NCBI RefSeq assembly: GCF_036803785.1
Contig: NZ_DAIRTR010000001.1
Location: forward strand, 8,222 to 72,221
DNA length: 64,000 bases
DNA from: Pelomicrobium sp.
GTDB taxonomy: Bacteria; Pseudomonadota; Gammaproteobacteria; Burkholderiales; UBA6910
Direction of reading: 5' to 3'
Position 1 is the stretch's first letter; every line of letters begins with the position of its first letter. Position numbers and translations under genes: made by a program. Positions 28,807 through 38,168 of this stretch are shown piece by piece. The notes beneath the pieces are model-generated. The model had not been told where the DNA came from, ran no database searches, and was given only the letters and a program-made list of their open reading frames with translations.

Positions 28807-29832
28807 ATGAAAGCTTGGTTTCCGACGATCCGTGCTAGCTCGGGAGCCGATGTGTACACTACCCGACTAGCCGACGCACTAAGGAAACGAAATATTGGAG
28901 CGGAAATTCGATGGTATTCAAGATGGTTCGAGTTTGCCCCATTTCTTCTGCGGAGGGCTTGTGCACCGTCAGACGCTGATGTGATACTAGCCAATTCTTG
29001 GAATGGCTACGCATTCAAGCGCCCTGACATTCCGCTTGTTATCGTTGAGCATCACTGTGTTTTTGACCCGCTTTATCATTCATACCGATCGTTTCCGCAA
29101 TATTTTTATCATCGTATGCTGATCAAATCCTACGAACAGGCGTCCTTCGCAAAGGCAGATGCTGTAGTGGCTGTCAGCGAGTTTACCGCCAGCGGCTTGA
29201 GAGCGTTCCTAGGATACAAGCAAGTGCGCGTCATTCATAACTGGGTTGATGTAGAGAAGTTCAAGCCCGAACCTTCAATCGGAACAGCACGGAGAAGACG
29301 CCCTTTTCGTCTGCTATACGTTGGCAACTTTTCCCGGCGAAAGGGCGCGGACCTGCTGGTACCCATCATGGAAGCACTGGGGGAAGATTTCGAGCTTTTT
29401 TATACGAGCGGGCTGAGATCCAGCATGAGGGCAGGCTCACTGTCCAACATGATTCCTTTAGGGAAGTTGATAGAAGAGAAACTAATCGAAATCTACCAAG
29501 ATTGCGACGCGCTGTTATTTCCTTCCCGTTTCGAAGGATTTGGATATGCAGCTCTGGAAGCTATGGCTTGCGGGAAGCCGGTGATCGCTTCTAATTCGAG
29601 CTCGCTGCCGGAAGTAGTGGAAAATGGCGTATGCGGGATCTTGTGTGAGCCGGATAACGTAAATGCTTTCGTCGAGGCTTGCCGAAGGCTCGCGGAAGAT
29701 CCAGCGTTGTGCAGGCGTATGGGCGAAGCGGGGCGGGAACGAGCAGTTAGGCTATTTTCGGAAGACGCGATCGTTCCAAAATATGTCCAGCTATTCGAAG
29801 AGCTCTCTGGGAAAAAAGCCTACAAAGCCTAA
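28807..29832 (+). CDS. Glycosyltransferase family 4 (GT-B fold)
   Basis: 341 aa with EGFGYAALEAMACGKPVIASNSSSLPEVV. Confidence 0.8.
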   Translation: MKAWFPTIRASSGADVYTTRLADALRKRNIGAEIRWYSRWFEFAPFLLRRACAPSDADVILANSWNGYAFKRPDIPLVIVEHHCVFDPLYHSYRSFPQYFYHRMLIKSYEQASFAKADAVVAVSEFTASGLRAFLGYKQVRVIHNWVDVEKFKPEPSIGTARRRRPFRLLYVGNFSRRKGADLLVPIMEALGEDFELFYTSGLRSSMRAGSLSNMIPLGKLIEEKLIEIYQDCDALLFPSRFEGFGYAALEAMACGKPVIASNSSSLPEVVENGVCGILCEPDNVNAFVEACRRLAEDPALCRRMGEAGRERAVRLFSEDAIVPKYVQLFEELSGKKAYKA

Positions 29833-29904
29833 TCCTGATTGTCTGGTTGTCCGTTATTTGCCCTTTTTCTGCATTAGAAAGGCCCTTTGTTAAGCTTCTT
29901 TAAC

Positions 29905-29920
29905 TGGCATGGACCTTGCC
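29905..29920 (+). promoter_or_regulatory. Sigma54 (-24/-12) promoter of pilin gene 2
   Basis: TGGCAT-GGACC-TTGCC with correct spacing, 67 nt upstream of the ATG at 29987. Confidence 0.65.
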
Positions 29921-29986
29921 TAAAGCTTGATAAGCCCGTGTTTCAACAAGATCTGAGGCTCGGGAGCTGACGCTGAGGGGCAAAAC

Positions 29987-30415
29987 ATGTCTTGGGAAGT
30001 AAAGGGCTTCACCTTGATCGAGTTGATGATCGTGGTGGCAGTCATTGGGATTCTGTCGGCGATTGCCATACCTGCTTATCGAGATTATCACGCAAGGGCG
30101 CAGGTGTCCGAAGCCGTGGTGCTCACTGGCGCTGTGCGAGCGCCACTTGCGGAGTTCTATTCAGACAAGGGACGATGGCCAACCGAGGCAAGCTCGGTCA
30201 TCGAAACGACGACCGGCAAATATGTGGATAAAGTAGAGCTTGTGGGAGCGGTCGGCGCCACAGGGATCATCGAGGTGGTGGCGACAATGCGTACTACCAA
30301 CGTTGCGCCGGAGATCTCCGGCCGGACGCTGGTCATGTCGAGCGACAATGGAGCGCGGTGGGCTTGCTACAGTGGAACTATTCCCGAGCTCTATCGTCCA
30401 CAAGCGTGCAAGTAA
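29987..30415 (+). CDS. Type IVa pilin paralogue
   Basis: Leader MSWEVKG followed by [29 protein letters not shown]-terminal Cys pair is present ([15 protein letters not shown]). Confidence 0.85.
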   Translation: MSWEVKGFTLIELMIVVAVIGILSAIAIPAYRDYHARAQVSEAVVLTGAVRAPLAEFYSDKGRWPTEASSVIETTTGKYVDKVELVGAVGATGIIEVVATMRTTNVAPEISGRTLVMSSDNGARWACYSGTIPELYRPQACK

Positions 30416-31450
30416 TCATTTCCAGGCGATCATGATGATCTCTTCACCCGCGTTTTTCTGCAGGATGCAAGCTCCTAGTTCTGCCAGCTGAAAACCGACT
30501 GCCTTTATAATTTCAAATGGGCTTCGTTGCCGTGATGCCAACCTCTGTTTGTTGCTTTGACTAGCGAGGTAGATTTCGCGTGCGCCGCGGGCAGTGACCA
30601 ACACTTTCCGATGGTAAAAACCGGCTCTTTCTGCCAGCAGATGTAAGGCGGGTGAGGTGAACACGTGCAGATGGCGAGGAGGTTCCAAACCTCTCCAATT
30701 CGACTTGAATATTCGATGCCCGAAACTTTGGGCATTGGGTGTCGCAATGGTGAGTTGCCCATGATCTCGTAGAATCCGGTGGCATTCGCGAAGTAGATTT
30801 TGTGGATCGTGAACGTGCTCGATGACATGGTTCATGACGATAGCATCAAAGGAGCCGTCCGGGTGATGCTGGCTTTGCAGGGTTCCCAGTAGTACTTCCA
30901 ATCCTTTGTTGCGGGCGTTGTTGACGGCATTGGGGTCGAAATCCACGCCTTGCACAGCCCAGCCAAGAGATTTCAAGAATTCAAGCAGCTTTCCGCTTCC
31001 GCAGCCTATTTCCAACAGCCTGCCGCCGGGTTTGTAAGGAAGATACATCACGTCGAAATCCAGGCTTGCCCTGCGGGCGGGATGTAATCGAATCAATTGC
31101 CCGAGTAGACTTTCCACCATTTTGTTCTCATTAGAAGGGTATCCATACTGCCAGGCAAGATATCCGGATCTCACCAAGTCAAAGACCTTTTGCAAGTAAG
31201 GGCTTCTGCGCCGCTTCGTCTCAGTATGGGTGTAATACACCTGATATGCGCGACCGATGTCCTCCGGTAAGGGCATGGGATCGAGCCACAATACGCCGCA
31301 GTCCCGGCCGGGGCAGCGTCTCATGTCCCATTGACCTGGGGCGCCGAACAGTCGATCTTTCAAGCTGCGGTACAAAATATCTCCTTCCGCGCCGCACAGA
31401 AAGCAGCGCGGAGCAGGACAGGCTCTGATTTGCGTATCCGAGAAGCTCAT
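30416..31450 (-). CDS. Class I SAM-dependent methyltransferase with an N-terminal Cys4 zinc-ribbon-like region
   Basis: 344 aa. It has the SAM motif LLEIGCGSGKLL and N-terminal Cys residues CP..CFLCG...CPGRDCG. Confidence 0.75.
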   Translation of the reverse strand: MSFSDTQIRACPAPRCFLCGAEGDILYRSLKDRLFGAPGQWDMRRCPGRDCGVLWLDPMPLPEDIGRAYQVYYTHTETKRRRSPYLQKVFDLVRSGYLAWQYGYPSNENKMVESLLGQLIRLHPARRASLDFDVMYLPYKPGGRLLEIGCGSGKLLEFLKSLGWAVQGVDFDPNAVNNARNKGLEVLLGTLQSQHHPDGSFDAIVMNHVIEHVHDPQNLLRECHRILRDHGQLTIATPNAQSFGHRIFKSNWRGLEPPRHLHVFTSPALHLLAERAGFYHRKVLVTARGAREIYLASQSNKQRLASRQRSPFEIIKAVGFQLAELGACILQKNAGEEIIMIAWK

Positions 31451-32937
31451 GATTTGACGGTGGAATGGTGGAGTAGGTTGAGCACCGCGGCGCGCTCATC
31501 TGCTGAGAAGCAACGTAGCCAGCACCAGGCGAGGAGCACTGGCAGGCCGATGCCCAAGAACGTTAGCTTGACCATGAGGTTTTCCAGGCCGAGTCCGGCG
31601 GCGAGCCCGATGCCGGCCAGAGAGACTGGCAGCCATGCCTGATTGATGCGAAGCTTTGTTTCGATAGGGATGAGCTTCGCGGATGCATAAAAGAGCAATG
31701 CAGCATCCACAATGACCCGCCCGGTCCAGGCAAGGGCCGCACCCGTGACACCGTAGGCGGGAACCAGCCATCCCAGAGCGGCCAGGTAAAAGGGGAGTTC
31801 GGCGAGATGGAACTTGGCCGTAAGATCGGGCCTTCCTGCGCCCTGCACCAGGGCATAAGCAATCTGGGCCAGGCTGTTGATCAGGACGCCCACTGTCAGC
31901 ACTTGCAGAACGCGATAACTGTTGTGTGCGAACTCGACGTCTATCCATAGCTCGAGGACTTCCCTGGACAGGGTCAAGAGCGCCAAAGTCACGGGAAAGA
32001 GAGCGATGAAAACGTACTTGAGCCCTTGCCTGAAGAGTCTCGCTGTCCGATGGCGGTCTGAATTAAAGGAGGCGGAAAAAGCGGGATAAAGCACTGCGGC
32101 TAGGGCACCAGGAATGAGCCACAGCTTAGTGACGACTTCGTAGGGAGTGACGTAGTACGCCACGGCGGCCAAGGAAATCACACTGCCGATGACGAAACGG
32201 TCCATATAAACCATGACGGGACCAATCACGCTCGAGATCGCCATCCAACCGCCGATCCGGAAGAGGGCTCTTGCTGCGTAAGCTTGCGGCATCAAGTGCA
32301 ATGTCCCTTCTGGGACCAAGCGGGTGGACGAGACGAAATAGGCAATCCATGCAGCGACTCGACCGGCCACGAGCACCCACGCGATTGCGCTGAGGCTCGA
32401 GGATAGCGGGAGAACAGCGAGAGGTCCCAGGAGCGTGACCGCACCCATTCCGACTTGAATGGCGTTGCTAGCGCCGAAGCGTTGCTTGCCTTCCAACAGC
32501 CCTTTGAAGGTTGCCGCGGTGGTGAGGAAGGGAAGACTTGTAGCCAGGATGTATAGGGCGAGGCGGGTTTCCTCCGCTAGCTCGAGAGGAATGCTCAACG
32601 TACTGGTCACCAGCCACGACGTCACGGCGACAAGCGACAGCGCTGCTGCGATGCCGAGGCAGCCGGTCAACACTAAGGCCGTCCCGAGGAACACTGATAC
32701 CTGATCGTCCTGTCTGGCGGCGGTGTTTTCTGCCACGACCTTGATGAGCGCCCGGCTGATGCCGAGGTCGAACAGGCTGAAATAGCCGAGCACGGCCCAG
32801 AGGAGCATCAGCGCACCGAATCGGTCGGTGCCGAGCTGCTGGATCAAGAGAGGAAAGGCAAAAAGCGCTAGGAGCAGGGGCACCCCCTGTCCAGCCAAGC
32901 TGTAGAGCGTGTTTCGTGCGAGGTGGCGGGCGTTCAC
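31447..32937 (-). CDS. Wzx/MOP-superfamily oligosaccharide flippase
   Basis: 496 aa with about 12-14 TM helices and a typical polysaccharide-biosynthesis-protein N-terminus (LARNTLYSLAGQGVPLLLALFAFPLL). It overlaps the methyltransferase start by 4 nt. Confidence 0.7.
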   Translation of the reverse strand: MNARHLARNTLYSLAGQGVPLLLALFAFPLLIQQLGTDRFGALMLLWAVLGYFSLFDLGISRALIKVVAENTAARQDDQVSVFLGTALVLTGCLGIAAALSLVAVTSWLVTSTLSIPLELAEETRLALYILATSLPFLTTAATFKGLLEGKQRFGASNAIQVGMGAVTLLGPLAVLPLSSSLSAIAWVLVAGRVAAWIAYFVSSTRLVPEGTLHLMPQAYAARALFRIGGWMAISSVIGPVMVYMDRFVIGSVISLAAVAYYVTPYEVVTKLWLIPGALAAVLYPAFSASFNSDRHRTARLFRQGLKYVFIALFPVTLALLTLSREVLELWIDVEFAHNSYRVLQVLTVGVLINSLAQIAYALVQGAGRPDLTAKFHLAELPFYLAALGWLVPAYGVTGAALAWTGRVIVDAALLFYASAKLIPIETKLRINQAWLPVSLAGIGLAAGLGLENLMVKLTFLGIGLPVLLAWCWLRCFSADERAAVLNLLHHSTVKS

Positions 32938-32992
32938 GCAAATGGATCGCCGCCATGCGGCGACTCGGATAAGTCACAGGGAGCGTTGCGGC

Positions 32993-34252
32993 TCACTCGT
33001 GCCGCAACGCCTCCACTGGCGGGAGGCTTGCCGCCTTTTGCGCCGGATAGAGGCCGAAAAAGACTCCGATAGCGGCGGCAAAACCGAAGGACAGGGCGAT
33101 CGCGCTCAAGCTGACCACGACCGTCATACGAGCAGTTTCGCTGAGGATCCATGCGATGGCCACCCCTAAAACAGCCCCTGCCAGGCCTCCCACGGTGCAA
33201 ATCAAGACGGCTTCTAGCAAGAACTGCGCCAGGATATCCTGGCGCCGGGCCCCCACCGCCATACGGATGCCGATTTCCCGCGTGCGCTCGGTGACGGAGA
33301 CCAGCATGATGTTCATGATGCCGATACCCCCGACGACGAGGGAGATCGAGGCGATCGCCCCCAACGTGAGGGAGAGAGTGCGGGCCGACAGGGCTGCGGT
33401 CTCGGCCACGGCCGAAAGATTGCGCACGGTGAAGTCGTCTTCCTGACCCTGCGCGACGCGGCGGCGCTGGCGCAGGAGGCTGCGGATTTCTTCCTGCGCT
33501 TGCTCCATGACCTCGGCCGAGCGGGCCTGGACCACCAGGAAGCGGATGGCCCCGGGCACCGACATGCCGAAGAGCTGGCGCTGGGCGGTGGTGAGCGGCA
33601 CATGAACGGTGTCGTCCTGGTCGCGCCCGTCCAGATTCTGGCCCTTGGGGGCGAGCACACCTACCACGACGAAGGGAAGGTCGCGGATCCGTATGGTCTT
33701 GCCCACGGGGTTTTCGGCGCCAAAAAGATTTTCGGCCACCACCTTGCCAAGCACGGCGACCCGCGCTGCCGAGCGCACTTCCGATTCGGTGAACCCGTCT
33801 CCGGCCTCAATGTCCCAACCGCGGATGCGCCAGAAAGCCGGTACGACGCCGTAGACATTGGTGCCCCAATTATTGGGGCCGTAGACGACCTGCAATGCGC
33901 CGCTGTGCATAGGGGCGACTTCCGCGATCTGGGGCAGAGCGGCAATCGCCTCGGCGTCGGCAACCGTGAGGGGGCCGGCAGTGCCGGCGCCGAGGCGCAC
34001 GCCTCCTTGGGTGGTGGCCCCGGGGACCACGACGATCAGGTTGCTTCCCATGCTAGCGATGGCCTGGTTGACGGTGGTCTGGGTGCCTTGACCGATAGCC
34101 AGCATAAGGACCACGGAGGCAACCCCGATCACCATGCCCAGCATGGTGAGCGCTGCTCGCAGGCGGTTTTGGCCCAGGGCGCGCCAGCTCTCAGCAGCGA
34201 TAGCCAATATCACGGGCCGACCACCTCCGAATATTGCAGAAACGGGACGCAT
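32993..34252 (-). CDS. MacB/FtsX-type ABC transporter permease
   Basis: 419 aa. It has an N-terminal TM, a large periplasmic domain and a C-terminal FtsX-like 3-TM bundle (MNIMLVSVTERTREIGIRMAVGA). Confidence 0.8.
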   Translation of the reverse strand: MRPVSAIFGGGRPVILAIAAESWRALGQNRLRAALTMLGMVIGVASVVLMLAIGQGTQTTVNQAIASMGSNLIVVVPGATTQGGVRLGAGTAGPLTVADAEAIAALPQIAEVAPMHSGALQVVYGPNNWGTNVYGVVPAFWRIRGWDIEAGDGFTESEVRSAARVAVLGKVVAENLFGAENPVGKTIRIRDLPFVVVGVLAPKGQNLDGRDQDDTVHVPLTTAQRQLFGMSVPGAIRFLVVQARSAEVMEQAQEEIRSLLRQRRRVAQGQEDDFTVRNLSAVAETAALSARTLSLTLGAIASISLVVGGIGIMNIMLVSVTERTREIGIRMAVGARRQDILAQFLLEAVLICTVGGLAGAVLGVAIAWILSETARMTVVVSLSAIALSFGFAAAIGVFFGLYPAQKAASLPPVEALRHE

Positions 34253-34336
34253 CGCGGAGCACCGTTTGCTGGTTTCCTTGGGTGCGTCTCGCTTCGCCTA
34301 TGACGCCCACAGCGTGTAGCAACCCCATTTCGTCGC

Positions 34337-35080
34337 TCATGCGGACGAGCGCATGATCAACTCGGGTTCATGTGTGCTCGCCGAAGGCTGGCTTGTGTCC
34401 TGCACGATCCGCCCATCGAGAAAGCGCACCATGCGCCGGGCGTAGGCCGCGATGTCCGGCTCGTGGGTCACCAGCACGATGGTGATGCCGTGGCTTCGGT
34501 TGAGCTCGGTGAGGAGTGCCATGATCGACGCGCTGGTCTGGGTGTCCAGGTTCCCGGTCGGCTCGTCGGCCAGGAGCAGTTGCGGGTCATTGACCAGGGC
34601 GCGGGCGATGGCGATGCGCTGCTGTTGACCGCCTGACATCTGGTTGGGTAGGGACTCGGCGAAACGGCCCAGGCCCATGCGTTCCAGAAGCTCGCGGGCG
34701 CGGCGCCGGCGTTCGGTGAGGCTCAGGCCGGCGTAGAGCAGGGGCAGCGCCACGTTGTCCACGGCGTTCATGCGTTTGAGCAGATTGAAACCCTGAAATA
34801 CGAAGCCGATGGTGCGGTTGCGCAGCCGCGCCAGGGCATCTGGGCTCAACCTGGAGGTGTCGCGGCCGTCGAGGAAGTAGCGGCCCGCGCTGGGGACGTC
34901 GAGGCACCCCAGGATGTTCATGAGGGTGGATTTACCCGAGCCTGAGGGGCCCATGATGGCGACGAACTCGCCCTTCCGGATCGTCAGGTCCACCTCCTGA
35001 AGAGCTGGGCGCTCGTCCACCGCCGCCCGGTAGCGCTTGACGATGCCCTCTAGGCGGGCGAGGGGCTCGCCTGCGCTCAT
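34337..35080 (-). CDS. MacB/LolD-type ABC transporter ATP-binding protein
   Basis: Walker A GPSGSGKST, signature LSGGQQQRIAIARAL and Walker B LLLADEPTGNLD. Confidence 0.9.
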   Translation of the reverse strand: MSAGEPLARLEGIVKRYRAAVDERPALQEVDLTIRKGEFVAIMGPSGSGKSTLMNILGCLDVPSAGRYFLDGRDTSRLSPDALARLRNRTIGFVFQGFNLLKRMNAVDNVALPLLYAGLSLTERRRRARELLERMGLGRFAESLPNQMSGGQQQRIAIARALVNDPQLLLADEPTGNLDTQTSASIMALLTELNRSHGITIVLVTHEPDIAAYARRMVRFLDGRIVQDTSQPSASTHEPELIMRSSA

Positions 35081-36228
35081 AGGCGGAAGCGGAACGCTGG
35101 ACCGCCCGTCCCAGAGGTGCGTTCGGTCCGCGCCTGACGGAGGACAATGGTGTCGCCCGCCTTGAGCTCGCCACTCACCACTTCGGTGTAGTTGCTATCG
35201 CTGATGCCGGTGCGGATCTGCACGGGCACGAGAAGTTTACCTTGCTCCAGGCGGTAGACCGTCCTGGTGCCAGGAGGTTCGGGGCGCTGGGAGCGCGCGA
35301 ACGGGGCTTCACGCTCGCTCTGGGGCACGAAGCGCAATGCGGCGTTGGGAACGCGCAGAGCATTTTCTCGGGTGCGCAGAGTGATGTAGACATGGGCGGT
35401 CATCCCGGGAAGGAGTATGCCCTCCGGATTGTCCGCCGTGACTACGACGTTGTAGGTCACCACGTTCTGCTGCACTGTAGGGTTGAGGCGTATCTGGCTG
35501 ACGATGCCGACAAAAGTCTGCTCCGGGAACGCGTCGACGGTGAAGCGCACCTGTTGGCCGATCTGAATGGCGCCCACGTCGGCTTCTGCCACCGCTGCAT
35601 AGATCTGCATCTGCTTCAAGTCTTTGGCGATCTGGAACAGGGTGGGCGTCTGGAAGCTGGCGGCCACGGTCTGGCCCACGTCCACGTTGCGGGCCACCAC
35701 GATACCCGAGATGGGGGAGCGAATCACGGAATAGCGCAGATTGACCTGCTCCCGTTCGAGCTGGGCCCGGGCCGCCGCTACCTGCGCTTCGGCCGCCTCG
35801 GTTTCCTTAATGGCGTCGTCCAACTGGGCCTGGTGTACGAAGCCCTTGGCCACCAGTTCCCGGGTGCGGCGCTCTTTCACCTGGGCGAGCCGTAGGCTCG
35901 CCTCGGCGCTCGCTAGGTCGGCCTGGCGTTGAGCGATGGCCGCCTGGATGAGGGCGGGGTCCAGCTCGGCCAGGACCTGGCCAGCTTTCACCTGGTCGTT
36001 GAAGTCGACGTAAATTCTATGGACCGTACCTGAGATCTGGGTGCCTACGTTGACCAGAATCACCGGGTTCAAGGTACCGTTGGCGGCGATGGTCTGAACG
36101 ATGTCACCCCGGTCGACGATGGCGGTCACATAAGGCGGGCGGTCGTTGACGCGATGGAGGTACTCCCAGCCGCCGGCGGCCGCGGCCAACGCCAGGGCCG
36201 CGACGAAAAGCATCGCTTTGATTCGCAT
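35077..36228 (-). CDS. HlyD/MacA-family periplasmic adaptor subunit
   Basis: The start at MRIKAMLF (36228) is preferred. The protein has a signal anchor, a coiled-coil hairpin and a beta-barrel region. It overlaps the ATPase gene by 4 nt. Confidence 0.8.
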   Translation of the reverse strand: MRIKAMLFVAALALAAAAGGWEYLHRVNDRPPYVTAIVDRGDIVQTIAANGTLNPVILVNVGTQISGTVHRIYVDFNDQVKAGQVLAELDPALIQAAIAQRQADLASAEASLRLAQVKERRTRELVAKGFVHQAQLDDAIKETEAAEAQVAAARAQLEREQVNLRYSVIRSPISGIVVARNVDVGQTVAASFQTPTLFQIAKDLKQMQIYAAVAEADVGAIQIGQQVRFTVDAFPEQTFVGIVSQIRLNPTVQQNVVTYNVVVTADNPEGILLPGMTAHVYITLRTRENALRVPNAALRFVPQSEREAPFARSQRPEPPGTRTVYRLEQGKLLVPVQIRTGISDSNYTEVVSGELKAGDTIVLRQARTERTSGTGGPAFRFRL

Positions 36229-36318
36229 CGAATTCCGGGGCCGGAGTGAAAGGCATCTACCTTGCCTGATTATAACCAACCGCCTGCCGGCCGAGGCGCC
36301 CTTGGCCAGGCGATTGGC

Positions 36319-38040
36319 TCAGGCAACGCCAGGATTGCCTTTAACACCGACCAGCTTGGGCAAGTTAAGTTTCGGCGTAGGGATTGTTTTCCGGTCCCTC
36401 AAGTAACGGGCCACCACTTCCCAGACGGGTTCTCCCGTCGCGCCCTCGGCCACCGGCGCCCATCCCGCCACTTTGTACTTTTTGGCCGGATCAAGGGGCT
36501 TACCCCTCAGGGTCATGTTGCTAATGCGGCGACCGATGGTCTCGTTAGGGGAACAGGTGTATTGGAGACCGCCAACCCGCACCATGTCTCCGCCTTGTTG
36601 AAGGTAAGGATCGGGATTGAACAGATTGTCGCACACGTCCTCCAGAATCATTTTGATCTGCTCTCCGCTCAGCTCATTGAGGGTGGTGTAGGGATAGGTG
36701 ATGGCGGTTTGATCCATGAGCCGCTCCATGGTGATGGGTTCCCCCGGCAGGATGGTGGTGCCCCAGCGGAAGCCTGGAGAGAAGGCAATCTCCGCCCCCT
36801 TGACGGCCATCAGGGCGTCCAGGATCACTTGGTCGAAGGAGCCGTTGAAGTTGCCGCGCCGATAGAGGAGCCCTTCGCTCACCGCCAGCTTCTCCTGGAG
36901 CCGTTCTTCGTAGGGGGCACGGAGGCTGCGGATCAACCGTTCCATGTCCGGGTCCGGCGGCAGGAGATTGGCGAAGACCGGGACGAGCCGGTAGCGGTAA
37001 TCGGCCACCTTTCCTCCTTTCACCTCCAGGTCCAGCACGCCCAGAAACTTGCCGTTGGAACCCCCGTTGGTGACCAGGGTCCGGCCGCTGGCGTTCTTGA
37101 CTACCGAGGGCTGGGGGACCCCGTCATGGGTGTGCCCGCCCAGGATGACGTCGATGCCAGTCACTCGGGTGGCCAGCTTCAGGTCCACGTCCATGCCGTT
37201 GTGGGAGAGAAGCACCACCACCTGGGCGCCTTTGCCTCGTACCTCTTCCACCAGCTTCTGCAGCCGCTCGTCCTGGATACCAAAAGACCATTCGGGAACC
37301 ATGTAACGGGGATTGGCGATGGGGGTGTAAGGGAAAGCCTGGCCGATGATCGCCACCGGTACCCCGTTTATTTCCCGAATCACGTAGGGCTCGAAGACCG
37401 GATCGCCGAAATCGGTGGTCTTGACGTTTTGGGCGACGAAGGCGACTTTGCCTTTGAAGTCTTTTTCCACCACCTCCTTCACCCGCTCGGCGCCCAGGGT
37501 GAACTCCCAGTGGGCGGTCATGATGTCCACCCCCAGTTGCAGGCAGGCGTCCACCATGTCCTGGCCCTGGGTCCAGAGGGCTGTGGCCGAGCCTTGCCAC
37601 GTGTCGCCGCCGTCCAGAAGGAGGGCACCGGGTCGCTCCGCACGGAGCCATTTCACCAACGTAGCGAGATGGGCGAAACCGCCCACCTTGCCGTAGGTGC
37701 GTGCCGCCTGGACGAAGTCCAAGTGGGTGAAGGCGTGGGCCTCTCGGGTACCGGGCCGGATGCCGTAGTGCTTGAGCAGCGCTTCCCCCACCAGGTGGGG
37801 TGGCTGACCCGCAGCGGCCCCCACACCGATGTTGACGCTCGGCTCCCGGAAATAGATGGGCAGAAGCTGGGCGTGGCAGTCGGTCATGTGCAGCAGGCTC
37901 ACCTGCCCGAAGCGGGGGATTCGATAGAACGTTTCCGGCTGGGCTTCGGCCAAGGCCGAGCGGCTTCCCAAGGGCAGGCCCGCTGCGGCGGCAGTGGCCA
38001 GGACCTGAAGAAACTCGCGCCGGGTCATGGACATGGACAT
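36319..38040 (-). CDS. soxB: Sulfur-oxidation thiosulfohydrolase SoxB (5'-nucleotidase/metallophosphatase family)
   Basis: 573 aa. It has a Tat signal (MTRREFLQVLATAAAAG) and a dinuclear metallophosphatase core (HMTDCHAQL, GGDTWQGS, LSHNG, GGHTHD). It lies downstream of soxYZ. The RBS abuts the first ATG, so the Met at 38034 may be the true start. Confidence 0.85.
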   Translation of the reverse strand: MSMSMTRREFLQVLATAAAAGLPLGSRSALAEAQPETFYRIPRFGQVSLLHMTDCHAQLLPIYFREPSVNIGVGAAAGQPPHLVGEALLKHYGIRPGTREAHAFTHLDFVQAARTYGKVGGFAHLATLVKWLRAERPGALLLDGGDTWQGSATALWTQGQDMVDACLQLGVDIMTAHWEFTLGAERVKEVVEKDFKGKVAFVAQNVKTTDFGDPVFEPYVIREINGVPVAIIGQAFPYTPIANPRYMVPEWSFGIQDERLQKLVEEVRGKGAQVVVLLSHNGMDVDLKLATRVTGIDVILGGHTHDGVPQPSVVKNASGRTLVTNGGSNGKFLGVLDLEVKGGKVADYRYRLVPVFANLLPPDPDMERLIRSLRAPYEERLQEKLAVSEGLLYRRGNFNGSFDQVILDALMAVKGAEIAFSPGFRWGTTILPGEPITMERLMDQTAITYPYTTLNELSGEQIKMILEDVCDNLFNPDPYLQQGGDMVRVGGLQYTCSPNETIGRRISNMTLRGKPLDPAKKYKVAGWAPVAEGATGEPVWEVVARYLRDRKTIPTPKLNLPKLVGVKGNPGVA

Positions 38041-38168
38041 CCTCCTGGGTTTTTACTGGGGCTTTTTGAAAACGAAAAGCCCGAGAGCTTGCTCCCGGGC
38101 CTTCGGCTTACGCCAGAATGGTGGTCGGCTGGCGCATGGCTCTCCTGCGGAAAGCCCAGCCTGGCCGA

